Positions 60,178 through 64,000 of a DNA stretch of 64,000 nt are shown one piece after another. A program made the translations under genes and the position numbers. The first letter of the stretch is position 1; each line of letters opens with the position of its first letter. The stretch spans positions 32,001-96,000 of IMG/VR virus record IMGVR_UViG_3300027736_000029; one strand, written 5' to 3'. Below the pieces are notes generated by a model that worked only from the letters and a program-made list of their open reading frames with translations, was not told where the DNA came from and ran no database searches. Origin of the DNA: a virus.

Positions 60178-61205
60178 AAAAAATTACAATTATAGATTGC
60201 TTTATCAGTTCTGATAAAGTCTTAGAAAAATTAGAAACAATGATTTCTCAACTTAAAAATAATGGTGAGGATGTCTTTCTGTTATCTAATACAAACATAC
60301 CACCACATATACAAGAATTAACAAACTATTCTTTTTACGATAAAAACAATCGTTTATTTACCGATGATTATGAAGGTGTTAGTTTGTTGGACATTTGGAA
60401 AGGTTTTGATAAAGGTGGTATTCATGAACTTGAACCAGCGTTTCAAAGACATGGTTTGTCCGTTATTATTAATTTATTTTTTACATTAGAATTGTGTAAA
60501 AATTTGGGATACACCCATTTTCAAAGGTTGGAAGTTGATGCGTTACTTGGAGAAAAATCATTGGAGTTCATGAAACAAATACCCCAAACTTGTTTGGAAC
60601 AAAACAAAAAAGGTTGGTTTTATGTTAACAAATATGATGATGGTAAAGAAGCATCTTTTCACTACATGTTTTGTGAAATTGATTATTTCCTAAACACCTC
60701 CCCCAAGATTAGTTGTGAAAAAGATTATCAAGATTACATCTTTAATAAATGGGGTGTTAAAAAGTTTACCCCTGTAGAGACGTTTATTTTTGATACTCTT
60801 AAATTAGAAAATAATACTGATATTATAACAAGAAATGGTAAGGACAATATGAGTTCTGATTTTGAGGGCACATATTTTAATAGTGAAACTAGTGAGGCTA
60901 ACTTATCACCAAAGTATCGAGGTTGTTCAACAAGAATTTATAACTGTATCAAATGTGAAAATGAAACGGATAAAATCATTTTAACTTTTAACTATAAAGA
61001 TAAAATGGTTAAAAGAGATGTTAAAATATTTTACACTGATGGTAGTATTGATAATATAGTTCATGTTGTTGAATCTAAAGGATATTTTACTTATACTACA
61101 CATTCAAAAGAAATTGAAAAGATTGAAGTTTATGAAAATGACAAATTACTATACGATGAATATAACAAAAACATTTATAGTTACGTTGAATTTACTATAT
61201 TTTAA
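60174..61205 (+). CDS. Putative GT-A-like protein, paralogue 4 (closest to 58028)
   Basis: HGLSV.IN...LGYTHF..LEVD; SFHY.F.EIDYFL shared with paralogue 3. Confidence 0.5.
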   Translation: MKKITIIDCFISSDKVLEKLETMISQLKNNGEDVFLLSNTNIPPHIQELTNYSFYDKNNRLFTDDYEGVSLLDIWKGFDKGGIHELEPAFQRHGLSVIINLFFTLELCKNLGYTHFQRLEVDALLGEKSLEFMKQIPQTCLEQNKKGWFYVNKYDDGKEASFHYMFCEIDYFLNTSPKISCEKDYQDYIFNKWGVKKFTPVETFIFDTLKLENNTDIITRNGKDNMSSDFEGTYFNSETSEANLSPKYRGCSTRIYNCIKCENETDKIILTFNYKDKMVKRDVKIFYTDGSIDNIVHVVESKGYFTYTTHSKEIEKIEVYENDKLLYDEYNKNIYSYVEFTIF

Positions 61206-61211
61206 TAAATT

Positions 61212-63314
61212 ATGAAAATTACTCAGGTAACACCAGGTTTAATATCAATACCTCCAAAAGGTTGGGGTGCGATAGAAAAGATTATTTGGAACTATAAGAT
61301 ACAGTTTGAAAAAATGGGTCATGAGTGTGGTATTCAATATCTTGATGATGTTGATACCACATCTGACATTATTCACATCCACGTTGCCAATTTGGCAATT
61401 ATGGCTCAAGAAAGAGGTATACCGTATATCTTTTCATTACACGACCATCACGTTGTTCGTCATGGTAAAGATTCTCAAACTTATAAAGAAAACCTTGATG
61501 CCATTAAAGGGTCAATTATTTCTTTTACACACGCTGAAAATTTGTGTAAGTATTTTGATGAGACGGATAAATTGTTTTATTTGAGTCATGGTGTTGATAC
61601 TGAGTTATATAAAAACGACTCTCTTATTAAACCTTATACAAAATTATTGTGTGTTGCCAACAATGGATATGCTGATAATCAAAGTGTGGATAGAAAAGGT
61701 TTTAGATATGCTATTGAAGCCGCTCGTGAGTTGAATCATCCGATTACTATTGTTGGTCCAAAAAACAATGAGAATTTCTTTAATGTTAATAAAGATTTAT
61801 TGGATTATGATAAATTACACATCATTGATACAAACCCAAATGAAGAAGAGTTAATTAAATTGTATAATGAACATACAATATTTTTACATCCATCTGAATT
61901 AGAAGCGGGTCATCCAAATTTAACATTACTTGAGGCGATTTCATGCGGTCTTCCAATTGTTGGAACTTATGATGGTACCAAAGAACTTAATAGTATTTAC
62001 AAGATTGATAGGTCAACAAATTCTGTGGTAACAGGTATTAAACACGTTACATCAAATATTGAAACTTTTGTTAACCACACTCAAAGTGAAAAATTAAAAT
62101 ATGATTGGTCGGTTATTTGTAAAAGATTGTTAAACATATATAATTCAGTAAACGATATTAAAAAAGAATATAACTCTGAATTAACCAAACAACTTTACAT
62201 TGATGTGTATGAAAATACCAATAAAATCGAACATGAAATATTAAATGATTATTCGTTTAATATCAATTTTATTAAAGGTGCTTACATAGAAGTTTTAGGT
62301 TCTGCAACAAGACATTTTGATGTTGAGATTTGGAATGACAATCATTTGGATTATAAAAATAAACTCAGTTCTGGTATGTTTGCCAAAACAAATAAACAAT
62401 ATTTCCGTAATTGGAATATGAAAGTTTATGATGGTGATATGCCTGTTTTTGATTATAAACTTAACTTATCAGGTAAACGAGTTTATATCGCAGTTGATTC
62501 AGGTTCTTTGGGTGACAACATTGCATGGATGCCATATATTGATGAATTTAGAAAAAGACATAATTGTCATGTTATTACTTCAACATTCAAGAATGATTTG
62601 TTCAAAAATGTATATCCAAAAATTGAATTTGTAACACCTGGAAGTACAGTAAATGATTTATTTGGAATGTACACTTTGGGTTGGTTTTATGATTTGAATA
62701 AAGAACCAACATTACCAAACATTGTTGGTTTACAAGAACATGCTAGTTTAATACTTGGTTTAGACCACAAAGAAATTAGAACTAAAATTGATTTTACACC
62801 ATCAGAAAGACCTTATGAAGAAAAATATGTGGTTATTGCAACTAGTTCAACAGCACAATGTAAATTTTGGAATAATGAAACAGGTTGGGTTGAATTGGTT
62901 GATTACTTAAAATCAAAAGGTTATAGGGTAATCAACATATCAAAAGAAGGTAACAATGTTCACAACGCTGAAATGATTAATGATACTTCAATGTATAATA
63001 CCCAAAACGTAATTTACCATAGTGAATTTATGATTGGATTATCAAGTGGTTTATCTTGGTTATCATGGGCTTTAGGAAAACACGTTGTTATGTTATCAAA
63101 CTTCACAAGTGCTGACCATGAATTTGTCGGTGATTGTACAAGAATCGTTAATTACGATGTATGTAATGGTTGTTGGAATAAAGCTATGTTTAAGTTTGAT
63201 AAAGGTGATTGGAATTGGTGTCCTGAACACAAAAATACTTCAAGACAACACGAGTGTCATAAATTAATAACGTCAGAAATGGTAATAAATCAAATACAAC
63301 ATTTAATAAAATGA
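61212..63314 (+). CDS. GT4 glycosyltransferase fused to TibC/Aah-type O-glycosyltransferase
   Basis: IPP.GWGAIE, RKG, EAG...LLEA..CG; then SLGDNIAW, STAQCKFWNN..GW, GLSSGLSWL.WA, CNGCWN..WCP.H..ECHK. Confidence 0.9.
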   Translation: MKITQVTPGLISIPPKGWGAIEKIIWNYKIQFEKMGHECGIQYLDDVDTTSDIIHIHVANLAIMAQERGIPYIFSLHDHHVVRHGKDSQTYKENLDAIKGSIISFTHAENLCKYFDETDKLFYLSHGVDTELYKNDSLIKPYTKLLCVANNGYADNQSVDRKGFRYAIEAARELNHPITIVGPKNNENFFNVNKDLLDYDKLHIIDTNPNEEELIKLYNEHTIFLHPSELEAGHPNLTLLEAISCGLPIVGTYDGTKELNSIYKIDRSTNSVVTGIKHVTSNIETFVNHTQSEKLKYDWSVICKRLLNIYNSVNDIKKEYNSELTKQLYIDVYENTNKIEHEILNDYSFNINFIKGAYIEVLGSATRHFDVEIWNDNHLDYKNKLSSGMFAKTNKQYFRNWNMKVYDGDMPVFDYKLNLSGKRVYIAVDSGSLGDNIAWMPYIDEFRKRHNCHVITSTFKNDLFKNVYPKIEFVTPGSTVNDLFGMYTLGWFYDLNKEPTLPNIVGLQEHASLILGLDHKEIRTKIDFTPSERPYEEKYVVIATSSTAQCKFWNNETGWVELVDYLKSKGYRVINISKEGNNVHNAEMINDTSMYNTQNVIYHSEFMIGLSSGLSWLSWALGKHVVMLSNFTSADHEFVGDCTRIVNYDVCNGCWNKAMFKFDKGDWNWCPEHKNTSRQHECHKLITSEMVINQIQHLIK

Positions 63315-63688
63315 ATATAGAAGTATCACACGGAGAGATTGTCGATAAGTTAACAATTCTCCAAATTAAAAAAGAAAATATAAAAGACCCAAGTAAGTTG
63401 GATAATATTGTAAAGGAGTACAATTATTTATTATCAATCGTTGAGAATGATTTAGGTATTTTAACGTCATCTCCTGAATATTTAGAACTATTATCAATTA
63501 ATAAGGACCTTTGGGTTATTGAAGATGATATTAGAGAAAAAGAAAGGCAAAAACAATTTGACGATGATTTCGTTAAACTTGCTCGTGATGTTTACTACAC
63601 CAACGATGTTCGTGCTAAAATAAAAAAAGAAATAAACCTGAAATATTCATCAGGGTTTATTGAAGAGAAAAGTTATTCTCAATATTAA
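63311..63688 (+). CDS. DUF6165-like protein typical of glycosylation loci
   Basis: S.GE..DKLTIL.IK...LW.IED.IR..AR.VY..ND.R..IK..IN...EEK.Y. Confidence 0.75.
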   Translation: MNIEVSHGEIVDKLTILQIKKENIKDPSKLDNIVKEYNYLLSIVENDLGILTSSPEYLELLSINKDLWVIEDDIREKERQKQFDDDFVKLARDVYYTNDVRAKIKKEINLKYSSGFIEEKSYSQY

Positions 63689-63954
63689 ATACTTGTAGGA
63701 TATCCTGTAATTGTCATTCCTCTATCGGAAGCAATTGCTTGTATAATTACCTTATCATCAGTTCCCCAAGTTTGTAAGACTGATGGTGATAATTTATATG
63801 TTTCACCAAATACATATTCTCCTGAAGAATTCAAGAGGTCATATTTGACATAACATTCTGAAGCCATTAAATCATATCTACTGATACTTGCTCTAAGATA
63901 TGAGGCTTGTTTAGTTAAAATTGATACCGGTGTAATTGATGCTAATAATGCCAT
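63685..63954 (-). CDS. Hypothetical late protein
   Basis: ATG 4 nt after TATTTATA (63959-63966). Confidence 0.7.
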   Translation of the reverse strand: MALLASITPVSILTKQASYLRASISRYDLMASECYVKYDLLNSSGEYVFGETYKLSPSVLQTWGTDDKVIIQAIASDRGMTITGYPTSI

Positions 63955-64000
63955 ATGTTATAAATATATTAAAAGTTGTTTATGTTACGTATATGTCATA

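Noticed and set aside
1977-63423. Many 60-120 aa ORFs antisense to or nested in long genes (e.g. 4132, 6606, 19442, 30135, 43954, 52062)
   Set aside because: Shadow frames of well-supported genes with no motifs or expression signals.
45284-63688. Cellular O-antigen/capsule locus or host contamination
   Set aside because: No flippase, polymerase, ABC exporter or initiating phosphoglycosyl transferase; flanked by phage genes and shares the GATC avoidance.
1-64000. Stop-codon reassignment as in some large Bacteroidota phages
   Set aside because: Conserved genes are intact under code 11; TGA and TAG end genes at sensible positions.

Overview
This is a 64-kb piece of an AT-rich, gene-dense jumbo ('huge') phage genome using the standard genetic code. 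The host is almost certainly a Bacteroidota species: canonical TTTG-N20-TAnnTTTG promoters, a sigmaA-like sigma factor, a Bacteroidetes H1-like protein and SprB repeats all point that way. From left to right the window holds: (1) a stable-RNA locus with an initiator-type tRNA-Met and an ~800-nt highly structured ncRNA (GOLLD-like candidate); (2) accessory and putative head-cargo genes (DHH phosphoesterase, two paralogous 'TxWC' proteins, a PcfJ-like protein, a degenerate MetK-like protein, Trx/Grx, DnaJ, two orphan DNA methyltransferases); (3) a lysis-type cassette and a sigma70 gene; (4) an inserted putative type II R-M pair; (5) replication/recombination genes (SbcC/SbcD, PD-(D/E)xK nuclease, primase, RuvC-like); (6) a tail/baseplate-type gene and four Cys-rich virion-type proteins, three with mucin-like Thr/Pro repeats; (7) an 18.4-kb glycosylation cluster. 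The best candidate for an undescribed system is that cluster: several TibC/Aah-type iron-binding protein O-glycosyltransferases plus amino-sugar, carbamoyl and methyl tailoring enzymes sit next to the mucin-like virion proteins, suggesting phage-encoded glycosylation of its own fibres. Also notable are a two-class promoter code (TAnnTTTG vs TATTTATA) that predicts leaderless mRNAs, a shared N-terminal tag on late proteins, and apparent GATC avoidance. All family calls come from motif recognition by eye; no database search was run.
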